Sequence record: MZ502379.1
Strand: one strand, 5' to 3'
From: Escherichia phage vB_EcoM_Shinka
Length of the DNA stretch: 64,000 bases
Shown: positions 27,812 to 38,166 of the stretch, piece by piece
Layout of the letters: each line of letters begins with the position of its first letter
Numbering within the stretch: the stretch's first letter is position 1
The notes under the pieces: model-generated
What the model was told of the DNA's origin: nothing
Databases searched by the model: none
What the model saw: only the letters and a program-made list of their open reading frames with translations
Program-made: the position numbers and the translations under genes

Positions 27812-27841
27812 ATTATACCATATTAATACTTAAGCGTAAAC
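27812..27841 (-). promoter_or_regulatory. Early promoter upstream of ipIII
   Basis: Minus strand GTTTAC, 18 nt, TATAAT, then AAGGA RBS and the ipIII ATG. Confidence 0.55.
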
Positions 27842-27844
27842 CGT

Positions 27845-28105
27845 TTAAGCTTTACCGCCAGAAATAATTCCGAAGTTGTTAAAATCATATCCAATATCGT
27901 CAACATCTACTTTAGGACTTGCTACAACATAAGCAATTTCACTACGTTTTGCACAGGTGTTGATTTCTTTACCATCGCCACCTAAGAAAGAATACCCATT
28001 ACGTTTTAATGAGCCAAAGTCTTCCGCATCACCAATGAAAGCTTTAACTTTAAATTTAGAACCTTTGGCATCTGCTTCAACGATAAATTCTTGATACATT
28101 TTCAT
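27845..28105 (-). CDS. ipII: Internal protein II-like (86 aa)
   Basis: N-terminal MKMYQEFIVEA capsid targeting sequence. Confidence 0.6.
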   Translation of the reverse strand: MKMYQEFIVEADAKGSKFKVKAFIGDAEDFGSLKRNGYSFLGGDGKEINTCAKRSEIAYVVASPKVDVDDIGYDFNNFGIISGGKA

Positions 28106-28274
28106 TTTTCCTTAGTAAATTGATTTACCAAAGTATTTGTACCAAGTCGGACGTTGAGCAATTTTTTCATCTAAGCGTGCTTGACTTATCGCAATGGACG
28201 CTTCGGACGGGACATAATTTCCTCCAAGTAGTTGATGAATGTATAGTATCAAAACCCTTGGAGGAAGTAAACAA

Positions 28275-29515
<1,241 letters not shown>

Positions 29516-29534
<19 letters not shown>

Positions 29535-30004
29535 TCAGTGATAAAGTTATTTAAATTTTGAACGTATTTCTTTTCATCAAAAATCTTTTGTTGTCTGCGT
29601 AGCCGCCATGGCATTTCAATGAACGTGTACCATATCCCAGATAATATTGCTGCTGTAAAAATATTAACAAGTATGGTTAAAAGAATCCAATCTCCTATTC
29701 TGTCCATTGGATTTTTTATAAAAAAGTAAAATACGAATGATGTCACAGGAAGACTAATAATATACCACAGAATCATAATTTTATCTGTGAACCAATCAGC
29801 GTTCGTTAACTTAGCGCGACCATTATGAATACACACGAATTTATCATCTGTTATAATAGATGGCTTAGCTGCTTGATATCCCATTCTAAACTCCCTAATC
29901 AACAAATTTTTCATATCTTCGGAACAACCATTCCAGTCAACTCTATCAACTGAAATGCCATCATCCCCATCATCTAAATCATACCAGCGAGTTTTTAAAA
30001 TCAT
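29516..30004 (-). CDS. Membrane protein (162 aa)
   Basis: Two hydrophobic TM segments (IMILWYIISLPVTSFVFYFFI, ILLTILVNIFTAAILSGIWYTFI). Confidence 0.5.
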
Positions 30005-30363
30005 TTAATTTTCCTACAATCACTCACAAACTCTTCCATTGATTCTTTTTCAATATAAGACATGTAGCTATTATATTCCTTTAATTGTATTTTGTAATCC
30101 TTTTTTCTTTGCCAATTTATTTTAAAATTATCATAATGAAAATATAACATTGTACCAAAGAATGAAAATAATGAAATAATTTTAGTATAGTGAAGTTCAC
30201 TCCAAACTTCTATTATATTTACTGTGCCGTCAATGTTTAAAATAAGACAGTCAATTAACAATCCAAAAAGACTACCCGCAAGAGCTGCAGCCAACGCCAC
30301 AGCAAAAATTAAAAATGACTCAGGAAGAGAATATTTGACTTTATTTAGTTTTGGCTTTTGCAT
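30001..30363 (-). CDS. Membrane protein (120 aa)
   Basis: Hydrophobic segments FLIFAVALAAALAGSLFGLLIDCLIL and IISLFSFFGTMLYF. Confidence 0.5.
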   Translation of the reverse strand: MQKPKLNKVKYSLPESFLIFAVALAAALAGSLFGLLIDCLILNIDGTVNIIEVWSELHYTKIISLFSFFGTMLYFHYDNFKINWQRKKDYKIQLKEYNSYMSYIEKESMEEFVSDCRKIK

Positions 30364-30758
30364 CGTGATTCCTTAACAAATTTCATAATTTCATCAAATT
30401 CATACGCAGCAAGTTTAAGCTGGTGTTCCTTTTTAATCTTTTTACACTGTGCTTTCCAATCACGTACGCGTTTACGATAATGTCTTCCTTGATACCAGTA
30501 TCCTACCCAATTTACAGGTACTAATAAAAATGGAACTATCATTGGAAGAATTAATGTTGACGCAAATATTATATTAGATTCAATATCAGTCATAACATCT
30601 ATAACTATTCCAACCCCCAGTAGAATTACAAATGATACAGCTATTACAGGACCTATTAATACATCAGTAGAAATTAGCTGGCGCTTTAATTCATACTTCA
30701 ACGGTTTACTTGGAAGATACATTGATGGCTTTGACATATTCTCTACATTCCTTAACAA
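30345..30758 (-). CDS. Membrane protein (137 aa)
   Basis: Hydrophobic segments IGPVIAVSFVILLGVGIVIDV and IIFASTLILPMIVPFLLVPV. Confidence 0.5.
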   Translation of the reverse strand: MLRNVENMSKPSMYLPSKPLKYELKRQLISTDVLIGPVIAVSFVILLGVGIVIDVMTDIESNIIFASTLILPMIVPFLLVPVNWVGYWYQGRHYRKRVRDWKAQCKKIKKEHQLKLAAYEFDEIMKFVKESRCKSQN

Positions 30759-31314
30759 ATTTTTCTAATAATAAATCGCTTTCAAAATTGGGATTTTCTA
30801 CGAATTTATCAAAAAGATCATCAACAATATTCAAGATATTCCTTTTACTAAGAATACGTTTATTTTCATGCTTCGTTTCAGAATCAACTATAAGAGTAAA
30901 GAAATATTTCTTGCCCTGAAATTTTACAGTAGTATCAATATAGAATAAATTTGACTTTTGTAAATTACGTTTAAACCATGCGTCACTTAAACTATAAACA
31001 CCGAGATAATCAAAATCGTCGTTTAAATAACATACTGTCCATTCAGGAGAAATGAAATCAGTAAATTCAACATCAAAATCACACGTCAATGAATGAATTG
31101 ATTCAATACTGTTAATAAGTATTCCAGGACGTATTAAAGACTTTTTACCTCTGGAAAATCTTCCAGAAAGACTTTCATTAGTTTCATATGAAGAACCCCA
31201 ATAATAATTACGCCCTTCTGCCATACGTTTAAGAGCATTTAGTAATTGGTCTGGAACATCAACTTGTCTTTGGAACTCTTCAAACATTGAATTGAAATCA
31301 CTTTGCATTTTCAT
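30706..31314 (-). CDS. Hypothetical protein (202 aa)
   Basis: ORF upstream of the three membrane-protein genes. Confidence 0.5.
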   Translation of the reverse strand: MKMQSDFNSMFEEFQRQVDVPDQLLNALKRMAEGRNYYWGSSYETNESLSGRFSRGKKSLIRPGILINSIESIHSLTCDFDVEFTDFISPEWTVCYLNDDFDYLGVYSLSDAWFKRNLQKSNLFYIDTTVKFQGKKYFFTLIVDSETKHENKRILSKRNILNIVDDLFDKFVENPNFESDLLLEKFVKECREYVKAINVSSK

Positions 31315-31332
31315 TCCTATTTACTCTAAGTA

Positions 31333-31349
31333 ATAGGGGCCCGAAGCCC
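31333..31349 (-). terminator. GC hairpin with CGAA/UUCG loop (weak terminator candidate)
   Basis: aggggc-ccgaa-gcccct palindrome between ORFs; no clear U-run. Confidence 0.3.
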
Positions 31350-31356
31350 CTTATCA

Positions 31357-31950
31357 TTATTTCAGAGAATTAATATATTCCTGAACATCGGCAGAGGTAG
31401 TTTCAACCCCAGAAATATTGCCATTAAAGGTTTCAACTCGGGCAAGAGTATCTTCAATATCAACTTTAGTCAGTGCTGCAATTTCAACTACATCATCAGC
31501 AGTACTAATTCCAAGGGCATTCGCAGCACGAGTTTCACGGATATATTCCAATTTAACTGCAAGTTCTTGGCGAGCATCATCTAACTCAACTACTTTCTTG
31601 GCGATTTCAATTCGCATTTCAGCATACCCATCAGCTTTAGTAGTCAACTGCTCAGCTGTTCGACGATATAGCAAGCCGAGTTTAGCATGCATTGTTACAT
31701 CTTGACCTTCGGAAAGAAGCTTGCGAATTTCACGCTCTTTTGATTCGGCCTGCTTATTCTTTTCGACAATAAGTTCACGAATACGCTTTTCTTCATTAAT
31801 AGATTTAACAGAAGCAGTTTTTAGGTCTTTAATTTTATCAAGCAGTTTTGCTGCTGCGGCAGTATACTGTTCTTCAACAGATAGATTTTTAGCCATAGCA
31901 GAACCAAGTTTAGTGCGAATAAACTCAACAATTTTCTTCAGTGTGTTCAT
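31357..31950 (-). CDS. Coiled-coil protein, possibly PspA/IM30-like (197 aa)
   Basis: Predominantly helical charged sequence with long heptad-like stretches; family assignment is pattern-level only. Confidence 0.45.
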
Positions 31951-32025
31951 AGTAGTTCCTTAGGTTGATTAAGATTTAAAATCCATGAGAGTATTATACC
32001 CTGTTATTTGAGGGATGTAAACATT

Positions 32026-32424
32026 TTATTTCATTTTTGCGAGGCAGATTTCATTGGCTTCCCATTGAGCTTGCTTAATAATAGCTTTGGATACAGGAAC
32101 CTTTTGACCATAAGTTTTTGACGTTGAGAGAACAATATATTTGTTTGCCTCATTATGCCAACCCCATGATTTTTCGCCATGAGTACCTTTAATTACGGCC
32201 GACACTTCAACAGAGCATCCATCAGAACTAATCTTGGTGTCTACAATCCATTCATTTCTCTCGACAGCTTCATTTTCCGATCTCATTTTTTCTTCATACA
32301 CGGCGGCCCAATCAGTTTTTGTCAAGCTTAAACTAAGAGCTTTCTCTAATTCTTTGGCAGCCTTTTGTTGTTCGGGTGTTAATGAATTATATAACTCTCG
32401 CATTTCTTTATCTTCAATATTCAT
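32026..32424 (-). CDS. Hypothetical protein (132 aa)
   Basis: ATG at 32424 preceded by GAGGAG RBS and an early promoter with stem-loop. Confidence 0.5.
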   Translation of the reverse strand: MNIEDKEMRELYNSLTPEQQKAAKELEKALSLSLTKTDWAAVYEEKMRSENEAVERNEWIVDTKISSDGCSVEVSAVIKGTHGEKSWGWHNEANKYIVLSTSKTYGQKVPVSKAIIKQAQWEANEICLAKMK

Positions 32425-32449
32425 TATGTTCTCCTCAAGTTATAGGCTC

Positions 32450-32479
32450 ATAATATCTCAATCATGAGCCTATGTAAAC
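32450..32479 (-). promoter_or_regulatory. Early promoter with flanking stem-loop (PeSL-type module)
   Basis: Minus strand GTTTACA, 17 nt, TATTAT; inverted repeat taggctcat/atgagccta brackets the -10 region. Confidence 0.55.
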
Positions 32480-32743
32480 TTATTTCATATTATTGAAATA
32501 TTCTTCTGCGATTTCATCGTTATCATGGTAAACTTTAGAAGACAGTTTAACATAACCTTCAGCAGTGAACATGTTAATCACAACCTTTACAGTATACCAC
32601 TGACCATCTTCATTACCCATTACTGCGTAAGTTTCAAACATCGGATGATCAGGACCGATAACTTTAATATCATTCACTGTACGACCAAAATCTTCTGAAA
32701 CACATTTCATAAAGAAGTTGAACAGTTCGCCGTAATTATCCAT
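32480..32743 (-). CDS. Hypothetical small acidic protein (about 87 aa from internal ATG)
   Basis: The ORF track start lies inside the promoter; the ATG at 32743 is preceded by GGAG RBS. Confidence 0.45.
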   Translation of the reverse strand: MDNYGELFNFFMKCVSEDFGRTVNDIKVIGPDHPMFETYAVMGNEDGQWYTVKVVINMFTAEGYVKLSSKVYHDNDEIAEEYFNNMK

Positions 32744-32786
32744 TTCATTCTCCAAGTTGTTTTCTGTATCAGTAGTTGATAGTTGT

Positions 32787-32816
32787 ATAGTACCATGGAA
32801 GGACAAGGATGTAAAC
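32787..32816 (-). promoter_or_regulatory. T4-type early promoter (repeated promoter module)
   Basis: Minus strand GTTTACA, 17 nt, TACTAT, then TATCAACTAC. Confidence 0.55.
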
Positions 32817-32950
32817 CGTTTTGTGAAAAAATTTTTTAAAAAGTTTTAGGGAATTCTAGGGTAGGGAGGGGCAATTAAAAGATAGGATAATATATTATAA
32901 AGGGTAGAAACTAAATGATGCCTAGAGAGGCCCGGAAAGGCCTAGATACC

Positions 32951-32980
32951 AAAAAGCCCCAACCTTTTGGTCGGGGCTAA
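32951..32980 (-). terminator. Rho-independent terminator (copy A of a 30-nt repeat)
   Basis: Minus-strand RNA forms gccccgacc/ggttggggc stem with G-U pair and is followed by UUUUU; 29/30 identical to 33506-33535. Confidence 0.5.
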
Positions 32981-32985
32981 GAATG

Positions 32986-33459
32986 TTATTTGATTTGTTT
33001 AGCAGACCAAATGCGGTCTTTAATAATTTTTTGGATGTCTTCAACATACTCAAGAGAGTGAGCATGTGGGTTATCTTTGAAACTATAAGCACGAGCTAAC
33101 TTTTGACCTTCAGTTTTGATTACTAAAAGCTCTTTAAGGATAGCTTCATATCTGGAGATAATTCCTTTAACGATATTTTTCTCTTGTGTGACTTTAGGAT
33201 CTGCTTTAGGAGCAGGTTTACCTGAAGCCTTTGCAAAAGCAGCTCCAGTAGCAACTAAACTTTTCCAAGCCATACTAACTGCATTCCCTGTAAATCCTTC
33301 GGCTTTCATATCACGAGCAAATTGGAATCGTGATTCATCGGAAGCATCTTTATAGGAATATTTACCCGCGGCAATGGCTGCTTTTGCGACAGCTTGAATT
33401 TCGGTGCTAGATGCTTCATTTAACACCGCTTCATTTAAAAATTGAGCATATGATTTCAT
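32986..33459 (-). CDS. Internal-protein-like capsid-targeted protein (157 aa)
   Basis: N-terminus MKSYAQFLNEA fits the capsid targeting sequence with LNE cleavage site; TATAAATA late promoter about 35 nt upstream; flanked by near-identical terminators. Confidence 0.55.
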   Translation of the reverse strand: MKSYAQFLNEAVLNEASSTEIQAVAKAAIAAGKYSYKDASDESRFQFARDMKAEGFTGNAVSMAWKSLVATGAAFAKASGKPAPKADPKVTQEKNIVKGIISRYEAILKELLVIKTEGQKLARAYSFKDNPHAHSLEYVEDIQKIIKDRIWSAKQIK

Positions 33460-33495
33460 CTTATTTCCTGTTTTAATTCGTGGTTTTAATATACT

Positions 33496-33503
33496 TATTT
33501 ATA
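33496..33503 (-). promoter_or_regulatory. Late promoter (TATAAATA) upstream of the IP-like gene
   Basis: Plus strand tatttata at 33496-33503, i.e. TATAAATA on the minus strand. Confidence 0.45.
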
Positions 33504-33505
33504 CT

Positions 33506-33535
33506 AAAAAGCCCCAACCTTTCGGTCGGGGCTAA
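33506..33535 (-). terminator. Rho-independent terminator (copy B of the 30-nt repeat), end of the tRNA/stable-RNA transcript
   Basis: aaaaagccccaacctttcggtcggggctaa; hairpin plus U-run on the minus strand. Confidence 0.5.
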
Positions 33536-33584
33536 GCCTTGCGGCAACCTTGTCGGGGTTCCACCTGCTAAGGCAAGTGTTTGT

Positions 33585-33676
33585 ACGAAACGCCGGGATT
33601 CGAACCCGGTTATTAAGTAGTTGACGCTACTCAATATTTTTAAAAGGCCATATCTCGACCATATCCGAACGTTCCG
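33585..33676 (-). ncRNA. tRNA-like structured RNA candidate (possible small stable RNA)
   Basis: Perfect T-arm (ccggg-attcgaa-cccgg) with a 7-bp acceptor-like stem closed by cgttccg at 33670-33676, but no canonical D or anticodon arm; lies distal to tRNA-Arg. Confidence 0.25.
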
Positions 33677-33850
33677 TCAAAAACGCTACTCGGCTTATGG
33701 CAAAGATATTTCCTCGAATCGATAATTCGGTGCGCCGTTTCTGCTGTGATATAAGGGGGCATTAACAAAAACATAAAGATTTATTAATGCCAGTCCTTAA
33801 ACAGGGAACATCAGTCCGACGACTTGCCGGTAGCGACCCGGCTTCTTGTC

Positions 33851-33926
33851 TGGTCGAGGCAGTAGGGATCGAACCTACGACCCAGGACTTAGAAGGTCCT
33901 TGCTCTTCCTTCTGAGCTATGCCTCG
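33851..33926 (-). tRNA. tRNA-Arg (anticodon UCU)
   Basis: Manual fold: acceptor cgaggca/tgcctcg, T-arm gtagg-gatcgaa-cctac, anticodon loop CUUCUAA; CCA encoded. Confidence 0.8.
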
Positions 33927-33930
33927 TATT

Positions 33931-34005
33931 TGGCGGACGTGATAGGATTCGAACCTATAACCAATCGCTTAACAGGCGATCGCTCTGCCATTGAGCTACA
34001 CATCC
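33931..34005 (-). tRNA. tRNA-Asn (anticodon GUU)
   Basis: Manual fold: GGATGTG acceptor, D-arm GCTC-AATGGCA-GAGC, anticodon loop CUGUUAA, T-arm ATAGG-TTCGAAT-CCTAT, CCA encoded. Confidence 0.75.
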
Positions 34006-34009
34006 AAAT

Positions 34010-34096
34010 TGGTGGGGAGTGATGGAGTCGAACCACCCGAGTCGCAATGACAATGGATTTACAGTCCACACCGCTACCTCTACGGGATAACTCCCC
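34010..34096 (-). tRNA. tRNA-Tyr (anticodon GUA), class II with long variable arm
   Basis: 87 nt; acceptor GGGGAGT, anticodon arm GTGGA-CUGUAAA-TCCAT, long variable hairpin, T-arm with TTCGACT loop, CCA encoded. Confidence 0.7.
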
Positions 34097-34105
34097 AAAT
34101 TAATT

Positions 34106-34180
34106 TGGTGGCCCTGGGTAGAATTGAACCACCATCTGGCGATTATGAGTCGCTTGCTTGAACCTTCCAGCTACAGGGCC
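34106..34180 (-). tRNA. tRNA with CAU anticodon (Ile2-type or Met)
   Basis: Acceptor ggccctg/cagggcc, anticodon loop CUCAUAA, T-loop TTCAATT; Ile versus Met cannot be decided from sequence alone. Confidence 0.7.
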
Positions 34181-34181
34181 T

Positions 34182-34257
34182 TGGTGCTGATTGACGGAAT
34201 CGAACCGCCGACGTCCTCATTACAAGTGAGGTGCTCTACCTACTGAGCTAAATCAGC
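34182..34257 (-). tRNA. tRNA-Thr (anticodon UGU)
   Basis: Acceptor gctgatt/aatcagc, anticodon stem cctca/tgagg with loop CUUGUAA, D-stem gctc/gagc. Confidence 0.8.
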
Positions 34258-34262
34258 AAAAC

Positions 34263-34352
34263 TGGCGGAGGCGATAGGATTTGAACCTATGAGTCGCCGG
34301 AGCGACTGCCGGTTTTCAAGACCGGTGCATTAAACCACTCTGCCACGCCTCC
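34263..34352 (-). tRNA. tRNA-Ser (anticodon UGA), class II
   Basis: 90 nt with long variable arm; anticodon stem ccggt/accgg, loop CUUGAAA; acceptor ggaggcg/cgcctcc. Confidence 0.8.
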
Positions 34353-34354
34353 AG

Positions 34355-34428
34355 TCTCCATACAAGGATTTGAACCTTGGACCTCCTGATCCCAAATCAG
34401 GCGCTCTACCAAACTGAGCTACACGGAG
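34355..34428 (-). tRNA. tRNA-Pro (anticodon UGG)
   Basis: Anticodon stem cctga/tcagg with loop UUUGGGA; D-arm GCTCAGTTTGGTAGAGC; CCA not encoded. Confidence 0.75.
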
Positions 34429-34438
34429 TAAATTAAAT

Positions 34439-34512
<74 letters not shown>

Positions 34513-34517
34513 AAATT

Positions 34518-34604
34518 TGGTGCGAGAAGTGGGACTCGAACCCACAAGGAAATCATTCCGCAGCATTTTAAGTGCTGTGCCTTTACCAATTTGACCATTC
34601 TCGC
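34518..34604 (-). tRNA. tRNA-Leu (anticodon UAA), class II
   Basis: 87 nt; acceptor gcgagaa/ttctcgc, T-arm gtggg-actcgaa-cccac, anticodon loop CUUAAAA, long variable arm. Confidence 0.8.
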
Positions 34605-34605
34605 G

Positions 34606-34678
34606 CTGGGAATAAAGGACTCGAACCTTTGCATCCTGGAATCAAAATCCAGTGCCTTACCAACTTGGCTAATTCCCA
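34606..34678 (-). tRNA. tRNA-Gln (anticodon UUG)
   Basis: Acceptor tgggaat/attccca, anticodon stem ctgga/tccag with loop UUUUGAU; CCA not encoded. Confidence 0.75.
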
Positions 34679-34775
34679 ATTATTAACAAAGGCTCTCAAG
34701 CAAGAACCCTTGATGATAGAGGGTATTAATCAGTGCGGTATGAGTTAATAATAACAAATAATTCTTAAAGCATAT

Positions 34776-35063
34776 TTACCATTTATGATAATACATATTT
34801 ACGATGCATTCAAGACCCAAAGGATTCTTGAAAATATCATATTTAAGAGGACCTTTTTCTGTTTCAATAAAGAAATCAAAATTTACTGTATTAAATTTAC
34901 GGTCTTCCTTCACTAATTTAACTTGAGAAGATGAACGGTCAACATAAACCTTTTCAACTTCAAAACATGTTAAAATGCCATAATCATCAATCAAGGCTTT
35001 AGCTGCTTCTTGATCATATTTATATCCATTTTCAATGGACGATACTTTAGCATAAAGAATCAT
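34776..35063 (-). CDS. Hypothetical protein (95 aa)
   Basis: ORF between the tRNA array and ipI. Confidence 0.45.
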   Translation of the reverse strand: MILYAKVSSIENGYKYDQEAAKALIDDYGILTCFEVEKVYVDRSSSQVKLVKEDRKFNTVNFDFFIETEKGPLKYDIFKNPLGLECIVNMYYHKW

Positions 35064-35065
35064 TA

Positions 35066-35446
35066 TTAGCCTTCATCAACAATAGTATGAGTATGGGCAT
35101 TTACAATTTGCCACCAATCAAAGCGATTGGAACCATACATTGGTTTGTTTTCATTTTCTTTGATAATGTCACGGAGTTCATCTTCGGTAGCGGCTTTCGC
35201 GATTAAATCAGCATATCCACCACGAGGATAATAATTATCACCTGCAAAAAGTAAAAAGTTTGGTTTAATGTTATTGAACTCTTCAATAGTAATAACTTTT
35301 CCTGTTGGTTGAACAATCTCTACATATTTATATCCCAATTTTTGAGCAGCATCTACTGCTTCAAGCAAAGTATCATGAGCCCATCCAATTTGACAACCTG
35401 GCTTTTCAGATGGATTAGCCTGATAATCCGCATACACTTTGTACAT
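35066..35446 (-). CDS. Hypothetical protein (about 126 aa from internal ATG)
   Basis: ATG at 35446 (MYKVYADYQ...) preceded by AAGGTG RBS; the ORF track start lies inside the upstream gene. Confidence 0.5.
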   Translation of the reverse strand: MYKVYADYQANPSEKPGCQIGWAHDTLLEAVDAAQKLGYKYVEIVQPTGKVITIEEFNNIKPNFLLFAGDNYYPRGGYADLIAKAATEDELRDIIKENENKPMYGSNRFDWWQIVNAHTHTIVDEG

Positions 35447-35447
35447 T

Positions 35448-35633
35448 CTATTCACCTTTAGAAATTTTATCCATAACGATAGCAATTAAACCAATTAAAA
35501 ATGCTACTACAAGTGAAAACACATTTTCTGCTGTAGTCAATAATCCGCATATAAATCCAACAAACATTGAAAAACTAAAAGCAGAAGCAGAAATTGCAAT
35601 AGCAACATTTCGAATTAATTCACAACGTTTCAT
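35448..35633 (-). CDS. Small membrane protein (61 aa)
   Basis: Two hydrophobic stretches; ATG at 35633 preceded by GAGGAG RBS and an early promoter. Confidence 0.45.
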   Translation of the reverse strand: MKRCELIRNVAIAISASAFSFSMFVGFICGLLTTAENVFSLVVAFLIGLIAIVMDKISKGE

Positions 35634-35663
35634 TTTATTCTCCTCGGTAGTTGATAGGGTAAT

Positions 35664-35692
35664 AGTATCACAACTAAAACCCTATGTAAACA
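35664..35692 (-). promoter_or_regulatory. Early promoter with stem-loop (PeSL-type module)
   Basis: Minus strand GTTTACA, 16 nt, TACTAT; inverted repeat atagggt/accctat brackets the -10; followed by TATCAACTAC and RBS. Confidence 0.55.
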
Positions 35693-35709
35693 ACTTTGTG
35701 AAATATTTA

Positions 35710-35997
35710 TTACAAAAGATTTTTAGCAATAATCTTGAGATGTGCCGCAGAAATGTGTTTAGCTTTAAACAACGCAGTTTCTTCAGCAGGAGAGATAACG
35801 ATTGTAGCACCATCCTTTTTAGCAGACCACCCATCACCTAGGTAAACAGTACCTTTGATTTCTTCGCCATCAACCAGACTAATCATTGGTTTACCTTCTC
35901 GTCCTTTATTTGCTTTAATAACTTCAGAAGTAAGAGTAGCCTCGGTAATGGTAGAAACCGGGGTAGTTGTAGAAGTAAATTCTTTGAAAGTTTTCAT
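35710..35997 (-). CDS. ipI: Internal protein I (95 aa)
   Basis: MKTFKEFTSTTTPVSTITEA... capsid targeting sequence with ITE cleavage site; matches recalled T4 IPI; position next to 57B. Confidence 0.8.
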   Translation of the reverse strand: MKTFKEFTSTTTPVSTITEATLTSEVIKANKGREGKPMISLVDGEEIKGTVYLGDGWSAKKDGATIVISPAEETALFKAKHISAAHLKIIAKNLL

Positions 35998-36027
35998 TTT
36001 ATTTTCCTAATTAATTTTGATGAGATA

Positions 36028-36057
36028 ATAGTATCACTACCTCATCAACGTGTAAAC
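36028..36057 (-). promoter_or_regulatory. Early promoter with stem-loop upstream of ipI
   Basis: Minus strand GTTTACA, 17 nt, TACTAT; inverted repeat tgatgag/ctcatca around the -10; AGGA RBS. Confidence 0.55.
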
Positions 36058-36069
36058 AACTATGTGAAA

Positions 36070-36766
<697 letters not shown>

Positions 36767-36767
<1 letters not shown>

Positions 36768-37480
36768 TATAGTACCTTTAGTGTATTTTTAATTTTAGAA
36801 AAAAGTTCTTCAAGAGAACCATCGTTTGTAATTACTAAATCGCCATCACGAATTGGCAATCCAGCTTCTGTAATATGAGTATCATTGGATTTTTGACCAG
36901 GACGAACTACATGAATTACTGTAGCACCCATCGCCCTAGCCGCATCCATTTCATGATCTTGACGAGTATCAGGAACGATATAATAATCATAACCTGAGTT
37001 AAATTTATCAAGATAATCTAAAGCAAATAATTTTACCCAATACATGCGGTCGAAGTTATTAACAATCAAATCCGTACCTAGGGCTTGCATCAGACGACGG
37101 ACTGACCATTGATCTTCAATATTATTTATAACGTCAGCAATCTTGTTAAATGCTACGAAATTAACTGCGTCATCAAAAACAAACACACCTTTAATTGGGC
37201 TTTTACTATTAAGATAGCAAAATGCTTGTTCCATAATCGTGATTACTTCTGATTTAGTCAGATTTAAATTAGTCTCACGATCATAGTCAATTCCTTCAAA
37301 CTCTTTACGAGTTAAGCAAGGATAGTCAGTGTTTGCTGCAAATACTCCCCATGCATAAGCCAATGCATCCTTAATAGGACCAGCAAGTTGGTATTTAACT
37401 GCAGAATAATTGCTCATGATAAAATCAGCAGTAGTATCTTTTCCACTACGCTTTACACCGCTTAAAAAGATTAGTTTCAT
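36767..37480 (-). CDS. 1: Deoxynucleoside monophosphate kinase gp1 (about 237 aa)
   Basis: From the ATG at 37480: MKLIFLSGVKRSGKDT (P-loop) preceded by GAGGAG RBS; the ORF track extension upstream is TTG-initiated. Confidence 0.8.
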
Positions 37481-37529
37481 GTGTTTCTCCTCAAATTTAA
37501 TTAAGATTATAACACACAAAACTGAAGCA

Positions 37530-38060
37530 TTAAACTTCTGCTATAATTTTTCCATCTTTTTCTACTTGAAAATAGGTGTAAGGAATCGTAGCTGTACATA
37601 CTAAAGCCGGGTCTGAATCTTCTGTGTAGCTAAATTCTACTTCAGATAGGTCAGAAACCCAAGGCTTATAAAAATTTATTGACATCACGATTTCAGTTTT
37701 GCTATTATCTAAGATGTAAAGCGTAATGTATTCAGGACCTGTTTTTTGAGCAGTATTTTCACCTGTAAGATAGTTGCTAGTTCCTAGCATCCATTCATAC
37801 ATTCCTATCCACGACTTAAGTTCTTCATCAACTATAAATCTCACAATGAGTGGATCATACTCAAATGTAACACCTGGACGCTGTGCTCGGCCCAGTCCAA
37901 ACGGCCCAGTCACGGTATCAGTAACAGGTATTCTAATTCCTGGAATAGGAACTGACTGAGCATTTAAAGTAAAAGCAGATGTAGTATTACTATGTGGTAT
38001 TGATACTACAAAGTTAGTTGTATTTGCTTGGTTAAAAATTTGTTGCAGAGCTTGCGACAT
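37530..38060 (-). CDS. 3: Tail completion/sheath stabiliser gp3 (176 aa)
   Basis: From the internal Met: MSQALQQIFNQANTTNFVVSIPHSNTTSAF... matches recalled gp3; coordinate from codon offset in the ORF track. Confidence 0.8.
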   Translation of the reverse strand: MSQALQQIFNQANTTNFVVSIPHSNTTSAFTLNAQSVPIPGIRIPVTDTVTGPFGLGRAQRPGVTFEYDPLIVRFIVDEELKSWIGMYEWMLGTSNYLTGENTAQKTGPEYITLYILDNSKTEIVMSINFYKPWVSDLSEVEFSYTEDSDPALVCTATIPYTYFQVEKDGKIIAEV

Positions 38061-38166
38061 ATATTCCTCATAATGCTTTATAACTGTTGGTGGTATAATG
38101 GGTCTAAGTCCCTTCCATTCAATTCCATTTAGAACAAACAACAGAAAAGAATGGAAGATAATAGAA

